A stretch of DNA of 24,000 nucleotides from Ruficoccus sp. ZRK36 (lineage in GTDB: Bacteria; Verrucomicrobiota; Verrucomicrobiia; Opitutales; Cerasicoccaceae). This document shows, in pieces, positions 1-8,244 of the stretch. Position 1 is the stretch's first letter. The number at the start of each line of letters is the position of its first letter. Made by a program: the position numbers and the translations under genes. The stretch covers positions 1,970,176 through 1,994,175 of the forward strand of contig NZ_CP080649.1 in the NCBI RefSeq assembly GCF_019603315.1, read 5' to 3'. Under the pieces are notes generated by a model. The model ran no database searches. It was given only the letters and a program-made list of their open reading frames with translations, and was not told the origin of the DNA.

Positions 1-297
1 CCATGGTGACGCCTACATGGGTCTTTTTCTCCTTCATGGGATTCCGAGAGTGGCAGGTTCAGGTCTTGTCAGTAGGGTAGATAAGCGGAAAGCGCGCGGG
101 CGCATTTAAGAATTACATCATGCTTAGCAGCTTCTTTTCCTACTATATGAGTTGTTTATGAATGTAAACAACGCTGTGCGACGGTTTGCATAGAGGCGGT
201 CTTGTGAAGTCGGTGTATAGGCACATAGATTTGCCGACATGGAGTTAATCTGGCTCCACCGACAACATACGAAAAGACAAATATCCCAACAATAGCT

Positions 298-1212
298 ATG
301 AATATACGATCCATTCTTCTCGGGGGCACAGCCCTGATTGTTACCCCCATTCTGGCAAACGCCCAGACCATGCTGGTGGAGTATCTCTTTAACGGGACAG
401 GCACCACCGTCCAAAATACCGGCACGCTCGCCAATGCCGACCTGAACATGCTCAATAGTGATAATCAGGCCGCGGACCTCTATGGTAGCGCAGGCTCCGG
501 TGTTTCGGGCTCGGCTTCCGATTTCAGCTTTAACAATACGGCGTCCACCGGTATGGGAACCGTTTCCGGTCAGAGTTTTGTCGGGGGACGTGCTGAAGCT
601 TCGAGCTCCTTCAGCATGGACTCACAGGCGTCCTTTACGATCACCGGTTGGCTCAATACAACCGCCCTTGAAGGGTCGTCCGGGAATATCCTGGATCTGT
701 ATAATACGAGTGGTGAAAACCCGGTGGGGGTTCGCCTGTCCTATTCGCTTGGATCGGGGGGTACGGTTGGTTCTCTTGGGCTGAAAATTAATGGTGAGAA
801 CTATCCCTCCAGTACGGGAGGTGGCACTTTCCATTCCGGAGGGGAATGGGTGTTCTTTGCTGTGACCTACGATGGTACTGCGACCACGAACAATGTTGTT
901 TTCTACATTGGGGATAAGGAGACCTCGGTCGTCAAGAATGCCACCCGTAGTAGTGCAGAAGGCACGGTTGCCTTTACGGATGCAGACATGACGATCGGTA
1001 ATGTCGAGGGCTGGAACGGCCGCCCCTTTGACGGTATGCTGGATGATATCCGCATGTTTGGGTCAACGACTGATGCTTCTGGCGTCCTGTCGATCTCCGA
1101 GATCGAGGCCTACCGCGCCGCTGATGCCATCCCCGAGCCGAGCGAGTCCGCAATGATCCTCGGTGGTGTCTTACTGCTGCTGGCGCTGCTTCGCCGCCGC
1201 GCCTCCAAGTAG
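298..1212 (+). CDS. Secreted LamG/concanavalin-A-like lectin-domain protein with C-terminal PEP-CTERM anchor
   Basis: 304-aa ORF with signal peptide MNIRSILLGGTALIVTPILANAQT. Laminin_G_3-type jelly-roll pattern (FTITGWL ... WVFFAVTYDG ... NVVFYIGD ... FDGMLDDIRMF). C-terminus IPEPSESAMILGGVLLLLALLRRRASK has the PEP motif, a TM helix and an Arg cluster. Confidence 0.8.
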   Translation: MNIRSILLGGTALIVTPILANAQTMLVEYLFNGTGTTVQNTGTLANADLNMLNSDNQAADLYGSAGSGVSGSASDFSFNNTASTGMGTVSGQSFVGGRAEASSSFSMDSQASFTITGWLNTTALEGSSGNILDLYNTSGENPVGVRLSYSLGSGGTVGSLGLKINGENYPSSTGGGTFHSGGEWVFFAVTYDGTATTNNVVFYIGDKETSVVKNATRSSAEGTVAFTDADMTIGNVEGWNGRPFDGMLDDIRMFGSTTDASGVLSISEIEAYRAADAIPEPSESAMILGGVLLLLALLRRRASK

Positions 1213-1287
1213 ATCGTATTTCGTTTTAAAAAATCCCCTGATCACCCACAGTAGACAGGTATCTCCCTGTTGCTTGACGCCTCAAAA

Positions 1288-3933
1288 ATGAAAAATTCGT
1301 ATAAAATAAGAGTATGTATGTTGATCGGCACGCTGGCTGTTATGGCTGGCTCCGTGGTCAAGGCTGACCAGCCATCGTCAGCCTTGACCAACCCCGGCTT
1401 TGAGGCGCCGTATACACCAGCAGTCAGCACGTCACATGGGATAAGTGGCAAGGCGACTGTGACGGGGGAAATCGCCAAGGGATGGAGCGATAACTCCTCG
1501 TGGGCACCGGTGGTGGTGCACTACAGTGAGGCTTCAGGACTGGATGCCCACAGTGGAGATAGCGCTCAGCAGATTGCTATCGAGTCGATGAAGGACGGGC
1601 GCTTGCAGTTCGTTCAGCCCGTACAGATGAAGGCGGGGGAGGCTTACCGTGGCTCTATGTGGCTGCGGGCGTCGGGGTTTGTGACGGCGACGCTGTCGTT
1701 TCAAATGACGAAAAAGCCTTACCGTGCCGTCTCGCAGCAGCACATCGTTATCTCGCCGGAGTGGCGGGAGTACTCGGTCAGTGGGATGTCTAAGGAGGGT
1801 GAGCGAGCCTTTTTCATGCTGGGGATACCCAAGCTGGGTGATAGTTCCGCCACGATCTGGGTGGATGACGCCTCGGTTAAGAATATGGGTGATGCCGGCT
1901 CGGAGGCTCCTCCCCGGGAGGGCAACCTGCTCAACAACGGTTCGTTCGAGACAGAACTCTCCGGTGGATGGGGTGTATGGGTACGTGAATATAACTACCT
2001 GCAGGACGCCATTCGCACGGAGTTTCAGGACGATCGTCCCAGCTTTGACACCGAGACAAAAGTCGATGGGGTTCAATCCCTGCGCATTGATGTGCCCGAT
2101 GCCCGCGCCGCGCTAGTGGCTTCGCCCTTTGTGCCGTACCATTTCAATCGTGAGCATACAGCCTCGATTATGCTTAAGGCAAGTCGGCCGACGATGGCGA
2201 CTTTTTACATCGATGGTGTTCCGGATAGCCAAAAGCGGATCATGATCGAAAAGGAGTGGAAGCGCTTTTCGGTCTCGGCGGAGCTGCCCTATGGCGAGAT
2301 GACACGTTTTGTCCTGCGACTGTGGCCGGATAAGGCGACAACGATCTGGGCTGACGCTGCGCAAATCGAAGAAAAGCCGGAAGCGACCGAAGAGTATATA
2401 GCCGCATGGCCGGTTGAATTGGGGATCAACGTCACGCGTCCGGGCGGAATTGTTTTCGATGGGGAAGCTGCTCCGGTGCTTATCACGACAGGTGGTGAAC
2501 CTCTCCCTGAGGGTGCGCATCTGAGCTGGGAAGTGCATGCCCTAAAGGGTGAAAATGTCACGCTGCCGGATCTGGCGCTGCCTGCCACAACAGTCGAGGC
2601 CCCCCAGTCACGTATGGAGTATGAGATCGAACCTTCAGCAGAGGGACCCCGCGGGATGTTTATGATCCGCGGTAAGGTCGTCGATGCCGAGGGGAACGAT
2701 CTGTCGGCACCCGTTGAGGCGATCTTTGCCCGCCTGCCGCAGCCCCGCGAGCTTCCTGCCGAGAAGTCCTTCTTTGGCGCTCACTGCCACCTGACTCCCG
2801 AGCTGATCGAGATCCTGCGCGGGACGGGGTTCCGCTGGGTGCGCCTGCATGATACCAGTAACCTCACCAAGTGGCGCTACGTGGAAGAGAACAAGGGTGA
2901 ATTTGTCTTCCAGGACGAGGGCATCGATGCCGCCCGTGCCGCTGGACTGCAGATTCTTGGCATGCTCGACGGTGCACCGCCCTGGGCGATGAAAGAGCCG
3001 CGTGCCCTGCTCGGTAATCACTCTGTCTATAACCTGCCGGATATCCCCAACGCCTATGAGTATTGGGCCCGTTACGTGGACAAAACGGTGGAGCACTACA
3101 AGGGCCGCGTTGACTACTGGGAGGTCTGGAATGAGCCCTGGGCCAACGAAAGCCGTTTCGGGCTCTCGTCAGAGATGTATGCCGACCTGCTCATGTATGC
3201 CTACGATGCGGCCAAAGATGCCAACCCTGAGTCGGTCATCGTCGGCGTCAACTCGGTTGCCCATAGCAAGCAGGGGGATGATTTTACCGCTGGAGTACTG
3301 GCCATTACCGGGCTGGACTACTTCGACATCTTCTCCGTCCATAACTATAACCCCTCGCTCTACGGCGGCCACCCTTCGCAGGCCGACAAGATCGTTGAGA
3401 AGTTCGACGGCTATATGGCTAAGTACGGTGAGCCCAAACCGATCTGGGATACCGAGGGCGGTCCCGGTGTAACCACCTCGTGGTACTGGGCCAACGAAGA
3501 TGACGAGATGATGATCCGCCAGCAGATGGCCCATCTTGTCCGCTTTGATGTGACGCAGATGGCTGCGGGCATTGAGCGCTTCTTTTACTACAGCATATAT
3601 TTCCACCAGAGCCGGGGCGCCAAGTCGGGCTTCCCCACGGTGGAGCACGATCGCTCAATTCACCCGGTGATGGCAGTTAGCGCGGTTCTGGCCAGCCTGG
3701 TCGATGGTGCCACCAGCAAGGGCTACGTAACGCCTCAGGACGGTATCGAAGGCTATCGCTTTGTCCAGGATGACGGGATGGACATCTCCGTGCTGTGGAG
3801 TGTGGATGGAAGCGTGCAGGAGTATCTGAAGCAGAAGGATACCGAGGTCTGGGATGTGCTGGGTAACAGTCTGGATAGTTCTACCATTCCCCTGTCTGTT
3901 GAGCCCATCTATGTAATTCGTAAGCAGCCTTAA
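1288..3933 (+). CDS. Secreted glycoside hydrolase: two CBM4/9-like modules followed by a clan GH-A (beta/alpha)8 catalytic domain
   Basis: Track ORF 1270..3933 opens on TTG. The first ATG (1288) gives signal peptide MKNSYKIRVCMLIGTLAVMAGSVVKA. Two N-terminal modules open like CBM_4_9 (NPGFE...KGW and NGSFE...GGWG). The C-terminal half has clan GH-A signatures VDYWEVWNEPW (acid/base NEP), FSVHNYNP and PIWDTEGG (nucleophile TE). Family (GH5/GH39-like) cannot be resolved by eye. Confidence 0.8.
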   Translation: MKNSYKIRVCMLIGTLAVMAGSVVKADQPSSALTNPGFEAPYTPAVSTSHGISGKATVTGEIAKGWSDNSSWAPVVVHYSEASGLDAHSGDSAQQIAIESMKDGRLQFVQPVQMKAGEAYRGSMWLRASGFVTATLSFQMTKKPYRAVSQQHIVISPEWREYSVSGMSKEGERAFFMLGIPKLGDSSATIWVDDASVKNMGDAGSEAPPREGNLLNNGSFETELSGGWGVWVREYNYLQDAIRTEFQDDRPSFDTETKVDGVQSLRIDVPDARAALVASPFVPYHFNREHTASIMLKASRPTMATFYIDGVPDSQKRIMIEKEWKRFSVSAELPYGEMTRFVLRLWPDKATTIWADAAQIEEKPEATEEYIAAWPVELGINVTRPGGIVFDGEAAPVLITTGGEPLPEGAHLSWEVHALKGENVTLPDLALPATTVEAPQSRMEYEIEPSAEGPRGMFMIRGKVVDAEGNDLSAPVEAIFARLPQPRELPAEKSFFGAHCHLTPELIEILRGTGFRWVRLHDTSNLTKWRYVEENKGEFVFQDEGIDAARAAGLQILGMLDGAPPWAMKEPRALLGNHSVYNLPDIPNAYEYWARYVDKTVEHYKGRVDYWEVWNEPWANESRFGLSSEMYADLLMYAYDAAKDANPESVIVGVNSVAHSKQGDDFTAGVLAITGLDYFDIFSVHNYNPSLYGGHPSQADKIVEKFDGYMAKYGEPKPIWDTEGGPGVTTSWYWANEDDEMMIRQQMAHLVRFDVTQMAAGIERFFYYSIYFHQSRGAKSGFPTVEHDRSIHPVMAVSAVLASLVDGATSKGYVTPQDGIEGYRFVQDDGMDISVLWSVDGSVQEYLKQKDTEVWDVLGNSLDSSTIPLSVEPIYVIRKQP

Positions 3934-4002
3934 TCTTGGGTTTAACACTTCGGTAAAAATGCGAAAGACTCCCTAATCGAAACCCTGGAGAAACTACCCC
4001 CC

Positions 4003-4701
4003 ATGCCCCAGCTAAATTCCAGTCATACCACACGGTTCCGATGGTCTGATAATGTACGCCCTGCATTTTCGCTGGTCGAGCTCATGGTCGTAATGGTTGT
4101 CCTGGCCGTGCTGGCGGCTGTGCTGGTCCCCATGGCCTCCACGATCATGCGGGACAGTAATCAAACCAAGTGCGTCCAGAACCTGCGCTCGATTGGAGTG
4201 GCGATGCACCTGTATGCCAGCGACCACGGCGGTAAACTTCCAGGGCCGACCTATAACAGCCAAAAGGCAGGGCCGGATGACCGTCGCTTCCTCGCCTATT
4301 ATTTACTGCCCTATATCGGCCACCCAAATGAAGGGGCGGGGAGTAGTTACCCGGAGTCAGCGCCGATCAGGCTCTTGTGGACCACACCCGTCTTGGAGTT
4401 CCGCTGCCCCTCGACGGAGGACGATGAGATTTCCTACGTGGCTGCGCACTCGATCCGCTCAGACACCAACACGAACATGAGCCCCTGGGGACTCGTATCT
4501 GGCAGCTATGGCCGCAACATGGAGCCGATGACACTACTGCAGCTTGACAGCCACTACGCCTTGGCCGGTCAGTGGGCGATCCGGGATCGCTATGGAGTCG
4601 CTCCGGCCTATCGCCCGAGTACGAATCAACCTGTCGGACCTCCCCGCCATGGTTTGACCAACGTGCTCTTTTTCGATGGACACGTCGAGGGTGAGAAATA
4701 A
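4003..4701 (+). CDS. Prepilin-type N-terminal cleavage/methylation domain protein with C-terminal H-X(8-9)-DG motif (DUF1559-like orphan pseudopilin)
   Basis: 232-aa ORF. N-terminus RPA|FSLVELMVVMVVLAVLAAVLVP is a class III (type IV pilin-like) signal with Glu at +5. C-terminus PRHGLTNVLFFDGHVEG is the H-X-DG motif typical of the family expanded in PVC bacteria. No pilus or T2SS assembly genes are nearby. Confidence 0.8.
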   Translation: MPQLNSSHTTRFRWSDNVRPAFSLVELMVVMVVLAVLAAVLVPMASTIMRDSNQTKCVQNLRSIGVAMHLYASDHGGKLPGPTYNSQKAGPDDRRFLAYYLLPYIGHPNEGAGSSYPESAPIRLLWTTPVLEFRCPSTEDDEISYVAAHSIRSDTNTNMSPWGLVSGSYGRNMEPMTLLQLDSHYALAGQWAIRDRYGVAPAYRPSTNQPVGPPRHGLTNVLFFDGHVEGEK

Positions 4702-4793
4702 ACTGTGATAGCCGATGTTACTGTCGGCACGGGGTAGCCCTGCTTGTGTGCCCGTGCTTGTCCCTTTAACGATTGCTAACGCCATTCTTCCCA

Positions 4794-6845
4794 ATGAAAT
4801 CCTGTTTGTTGTTTGCCAGTATGATGCTGGCCATTACTGCCACCGCTGAGGTGAATCTACCTGCGATTATTTCCGATCACATGGTCCTGCGTAAGGCTGC
4901 GGACACCCCTGTCTGGGGGACAGCCGCACCGGACGAAACCGTCAAAGTGACCCTCGCAGATGCAACGGCGACGGCGACAGCCGATGCTGACGGAAACTGG
5001 CAGGTGGAGCTCGACCTGAGCGACTCGGCCCCCGGCCCCTTTGAGATGTCGGTGACCGGCAAGAACCAGCTCGTCGTCCATGATGTGCTGGTGGGCGAGG
5101 TCTGGGTGGCCTCCGGGCAGTCGAACATGGGCTTCCTGCTTGAGCGGGAGCGCAGTAGTGCCGAAGAGATTCCGCAGAGTAATTACCCGATGATCCGGCA
5201 GTTCCAGGTTGCCCCGTATGTCTCTATCCCTGAGCCGCGCGAGGAGTGCGAAGGTAAATGGGTCGTATGCAGCCCGGAAACGGCGGGTCGCTTTACCGCC
5301 GTCGGTTATTTCTTTGCCAAGTCGCTCGTGCAGGAGCTGGATGTGCCGGTCGGTTTGCTTTTTAACGCCTGGGGCGGGACACCGGTTGAGGCCTGGATGA
5401 GTCAGGACGCCATCGCTCAGAACGCAGACCTGAAAGCACGTGGCGATAAGGCGATCAAGGACCAGATCGAGTACAAGCCGCGCAAAAAAGCCTACGATAA
5501 GGCTTTCGCCCAGTGGTTGAAAGATACGGGCCGCGAAGATCATTTCCCGAAGGACGTCGAAGCCTATGCAGGCATGGATGTGGACACGACAGACTGGCAG
5601 CGTATTGATATGCCGAGCACAATTTTCGGAGGCGACCTGCCCGAGGATGGCGTGGTGTGGCTGCGTGGGGAGGTAAACATCCCCGCCAACATGCTCAACG
5701 GGAAGATCCCCGTTCGTATTGGCAGTATGGAGGCGTTCCCGACAGTTTACTGGAACGGTGAAAAGGTCAGCACCGGGACCTTTGAAAACTATCCGGGGAA
5801 GGGCTACACCTATCGCTATTACATCAGTGCTCCTCACCTGAAAGAGGGTAAGAATGTCGTGGCTATCCGCTTCTATGCCCCCTACGGCAACACAGAGAAA
5901 GTTGATGTGCATTGCGATTTCGCGCCGTTTATCGATGGCCTGAAGGCTAAGGTCGAGTACACGCTTCCGCCGCTCACTCCCGCGCAAAAAACCTCCATGC
6001 CGCAGGCGCTGGACAATCCGCTGCGAGGGCAGGATGTGGCGACATACCTTTACAACGGCATGATCGCCCCGATCCTGCGCTACGGCATCTCGGGCGTGAT
6101 CTGGTACCAAGGGGAGAGTAATGTCAGCCGTGGCTACGATTACCGCATCGCCTTTCCGCTCATGATCCAGGATTGGCGGGAAAAGTGGGGGCAGGGTGAC
6201 TTTCCGTTCTATTTTTGCCAGCTGGCTAATATCGGGGACAAACAGAGGACGCCCGAGAAATCGGCTTGGGCAGCGACACGCGAATCTCAGGCTGCTGCTC
6301 TCGACCTGCCGAATACCGGTATGGCCGTGCTGATCGATCTGGGCGAGGCCAAGGACGTACATGCGCGCAACAAGTCCGATGTCGGCGACCGTCTGGCCCG
6401 TATCGCGCTGGCCGAGACCTACGGTCAGGATGTGGAGCCTTTCGGCCCGATGTTCGAGTCCATGGACATTGAGGGCGACAAGCTCGTACTGAGTTTCTCC
6501 CATGTCGGGGATGGTCTGGAGGCTAAATCGGTTCCTGACACGTACGTACTCTCTTCACTGTCTGGAAAGACTGCTCCGCTCGTCCGCAACAGTCCCGAAA
6601 GTGAGCTGGAAGGATTCGCCGTTTGCGGGAAGGACCGCAAATGGGCCTGGGCCGAGGCGAAGATCGAGGGGGATCAGGTCGTTGTCTGGTCCGATAGCGT
6701 TAAGGAGCCCATCGCGGTCCGCTACAGCTGGGGTAACAACCCAAGCGGAAACCTGTACAACAGCAGTGGCCTGCCAGCAGCACCTTTCCGCACGGATGAG
6801 TTCCCGGTCTCCAGTCAGGGTAACCATTACTACAAGGCGGACTGA
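4794..6845 (+). CDS. Sialate O-acetylesterase-like SGNH carbohydrate esterase (DUF303-type)
   Basis: Track ORF 4773..6845 opens on TTG. The ATG at 4794 gives signal peptide MKSCLLFASMMLAITATA. Family motifs present: VGEVWVASGQSNM (nucleophile Ser), WGGTPVEAW, GVIWYQGESN and DLGEAKDVHARNKSDVGDRLA (Asp/His block). Confidence 0.8.
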   Translation: MKSCLLFASMMLAITATAEVNLPAIISDHMVLRKAADTPVWGTAAPDETVKVTLADATATATADADGNWQVELDLSDSAPGPFEMSVTGKNQLVVHDVLVGEVWVASGQSNMGFLLERERSSAEEIPQSNYPMIRQFQVAPYVSIPEPREECEGKWVVCSPETAGRFTAVGYFFAKSLVQELDVPVGLLFNAWGGTPVEAWMSQDAIAQNADLKARGDKAIKDQIEYKPRKKAYDKAFAQWLKDTGREDHFPKDVEAYAGMDVDTTDWQRIDMPSTIFGGDLPEDGVVWLRGEVNIPANMLNGKIPVRIGSMEAFPTVYWNGEKVSTGTFENYPGKGYTYRYYISAPHLKEGKNVVAIRFYAPYGNTEKVDVHCDFAPFIDGLKAKVEYTLPPLTPAQKTSMPQALDNPLRGQDVATYLYNGMIAPILRYGISGVIWYQGESNVSRGYDYRIAFPLMIQDWREKWGQGDFPFYFCQLANIGDKQRTPEKSAWAATRESQAAALDLPNTGMAVLIDLGEAKDVHARNKSDVGDRLARIALAETYGQDVEPFGPMFESMDIEGDKLVLSFSHVGDGLEAKSVPDTYVLSSLSGKTAPLVRNSPESELEGFAVCGKDRKWAWAEAKIEGDQVVVWSDSVKEPIAVRYSWGNNPSGNLYNSSGLPAAPFRTDEFPVSSQGNHYYKAD

Positions 6846-6963
6846 GCTCAGGTTTCTGATTGTCCTTTTGCGGCTCGTTTCGAACGCATGTGGACAGGGG
6901 GGGACTGTCACGAACGACTTGAAGTTCCTCGGGCAAATCCCGGCTCTGCCATCCATTTAAAAA

Positions 6964-6985
6964 GCCCTCGGTTTTCACCGAGGGC
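6964..6985. terminator. Bidirectional rho-independent terminator shared by the esterase operon (+) and lyase-like paralog 1 (-)
   Basis: 9-bp stem GCCCTCGGT/ACCGAGGGC with a TTTC loop. Followed by TTTCTTATTT on the plus strand and TTTTTAAAT on the minus strand. Confidence 0.65.
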
Positions 6986-7047
6986 TTTCTTATTTAGAAT
7001 ACTGGCGGGCGACGCTGGTTTATCGCCGCCGTTGGCTGCTGCGTCGT

Positions 7048-7848
7048 TTACTGAGGGACGACGTCGTAGTAGTCGGCGTTAGCATCGCCGATACGGATCT
7101 CGTCGAAGTAGATGTCTCCGTCCCCCCCACCATTGGACGGATAGAGGCCGATCTTCAGGTACTCTTCATGATCTCTGGCAGTACCGCTCCGGTCCAGGGT
7201 CGCGATATTGGGGCCGGTGTCACGGTAGACGAGCTCGTCGTTAATCCAGATTTCCCAAAAGCCAGAGGAGTCAGCCGCATAGCGGAAGTGACAGACGACA
7301 TCGTACCAGACGAATTTTGAGAATCGGAGCGGGACCTTGATCTGCCCCTGCACGGCACCTCCTGTGAGGGGAGGGACATTGATGAGGGCGTCATTGGTGG
7401 ACATGCGCAGGTAGAGGTCGCCTCCCACCATGGCCTGCATGGTGAAGCCATTGACCCCGGCCCCGACGCTCCAGTCGTTGTCATGGGGGACGGAGTGATG
7501 CTGTAGGATGATGCCGCACTCCTCCACCTGCTGCCAGACCTGAAAGCTGAAGCCGAGCCAGTACTCTTCTTCCCACTGGAAGCGATCGGTAATGGGGACG
7601 AGCTCTGCACGGCGGTCGCCATTGGCGCCAAATGTCTGCATATGGACGGCGTAGCTGCCGCTGCGTACGGGGCTGGAAACGACTTCGATCAACGAGGTAG
7701 GCCCGTCGATACTGGTGCTCCATTTAGTGGTGTAGTCTCCGGATTCGAAGCCGTCCTCGAAGAGGATTTCGGCATCGGCCTGAAACATAGGCATGCAGCA
7801 GCATGCGAGGAGTGCGATACATGAGGTCGGGGTTTTGACTCTTAGCAT
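7048..7848 (-). CDS. Secreted concanavalin-A-like jelly-roll protein, polysaccharide-lyase-family-like (heparin lyase I / glucuronan lyase type fold), paralog 1
   Basis: 266-aa ORF with signal peptide MLRVKTPTSCIALLACCCMPMFQADA. Pattern GSYAVHM...GDRRAEL...YWLGFSF...HHSVPHD...WYDVVCHFRYAADSSGFWEIWINDELV...YLKIGLY...FDEIRIGD resembles jelly-roll polysaccharide lyases. The coding call is strong; the function call is moderate. Confidence 0.6.
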   Translation of the reverse strand: MLRVKTPTSCIALLACCCMPMFQADAEILFEDGFESGDYTTKWSTSIDGPTSLIEVVSSPVRSGSYAVHMQTFGANGDRRAELVPITDRFQWEEEYWLGFSFQVWQQVEECGIILQHHSVPHDNDWSVGAGVNGFTMQAMVGGDLYLRMSTNDALINVPPLTGGAVQGQIKVPLRFSKFVWYDVVCHFRYAADSSGFWEIWINDELVYRDTGPNIATLDRSGTARDHEEYLKIGLYPSNGGGDGDIYFDEIRIGDANADYYDVVPQ

Positions 7849-7898
7849 TACGTTTTATATTTGGGGTTACGAGATGGCAAAGCAACGGGCTGCGGGGC

Positions 7899-7914
7899 TG
7901 TGACGCACGTCACG
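7899..7914. promoter_or_regulatory. CRP/FNR-type palindrome TGTGA-CGCACG-TCACG (perfect core GTGACG-CA-CGTCAC), about 58 bp upstream of the paralog-1 start codon
   Basis: Inverted repeat read directly from the sequence. The 12-bp core TGACGCACGTCA recurs at 17693-17704. It is absent from the equivalent position upstream of paralog 2. Confidence 0.35.
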
Positions 7915-7933
7915 TAGTGCGCCTTGTACAGAG

Positions 7934-8068
7934 CAAAATACGGGCGTCGCTGATCGTCTTCAGCAGCTTTCGCAGGGGTAGGGGGCAGGAGGTCTTTGTT
8001 GGCAGGAGGGGTCCCACGCAGCACATGCGAACCAGTATGGTTGCCGAGGTATGCCTGTAAAGGGACGC
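7934..8068 (-). other. Conserved upstream block, copy 1 (candidate micro-ORF MCCVGPLLPTKTSCPLPLRK... from ATG 8026, or a structured leader)
   Basis: Aligns without indels to 9142-9276. Substitutions are biased to the third codon position of the minus-strand frame of track ORF 7910..8161. Confidence 0.3.
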
Positions 8069-8168
8069 TCTACAAACACACGTTTGTAGCGAGGGGAGGG
8101 GGCGCTTCGCTCTGGCAGACGACCATCCTGCGAGTCTGCTCATCCTGAGTGCTGCGCGCATTGAAAAA

Positions 8169-8190
8169 GCCCCCGGCTTTCACCGAGGGC
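8169..8190 (-). terminator. Degenerate copy of the 6964-6985 terminator, downstream of paralog 2
   Basis: GCCCCCGGC TTTC ACCGAGGGC is homologous to the copy-1 hairpin but has two stem mismatches. The minus strand continues with TTTTTCAA. Confidence 0.4.
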
Positions 8191-8244
8191 TTTATCATTG
8201 GAAGGTTAGAGGAGACGGGCGAGCTGATCGCCGTGTCCTGATCC

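Noticed and set aside
1-37. Possible start of a minus-strand gene leaving the window (reverse complement ATGAAGGAGAAAAAGACCCATGTAGGC...).
   Set aside because: Only about 12 codons are visible, so neither coding status nor identity can be supported.
4857-6503. 548-aa ORF on the minus strand. Similar long ORFs occur at 10122..10751(+), 12297..13169(+), 13088..14053(-), 17871..18977(+) and 19667..20503(-).
   Set aside because: Each lies fully antisense to a gene with strong family motifs. Each is Arg/Gly/Pro/His-rich with no recognisable domain. These are typical shadow ORFs of GC-rich DNA.
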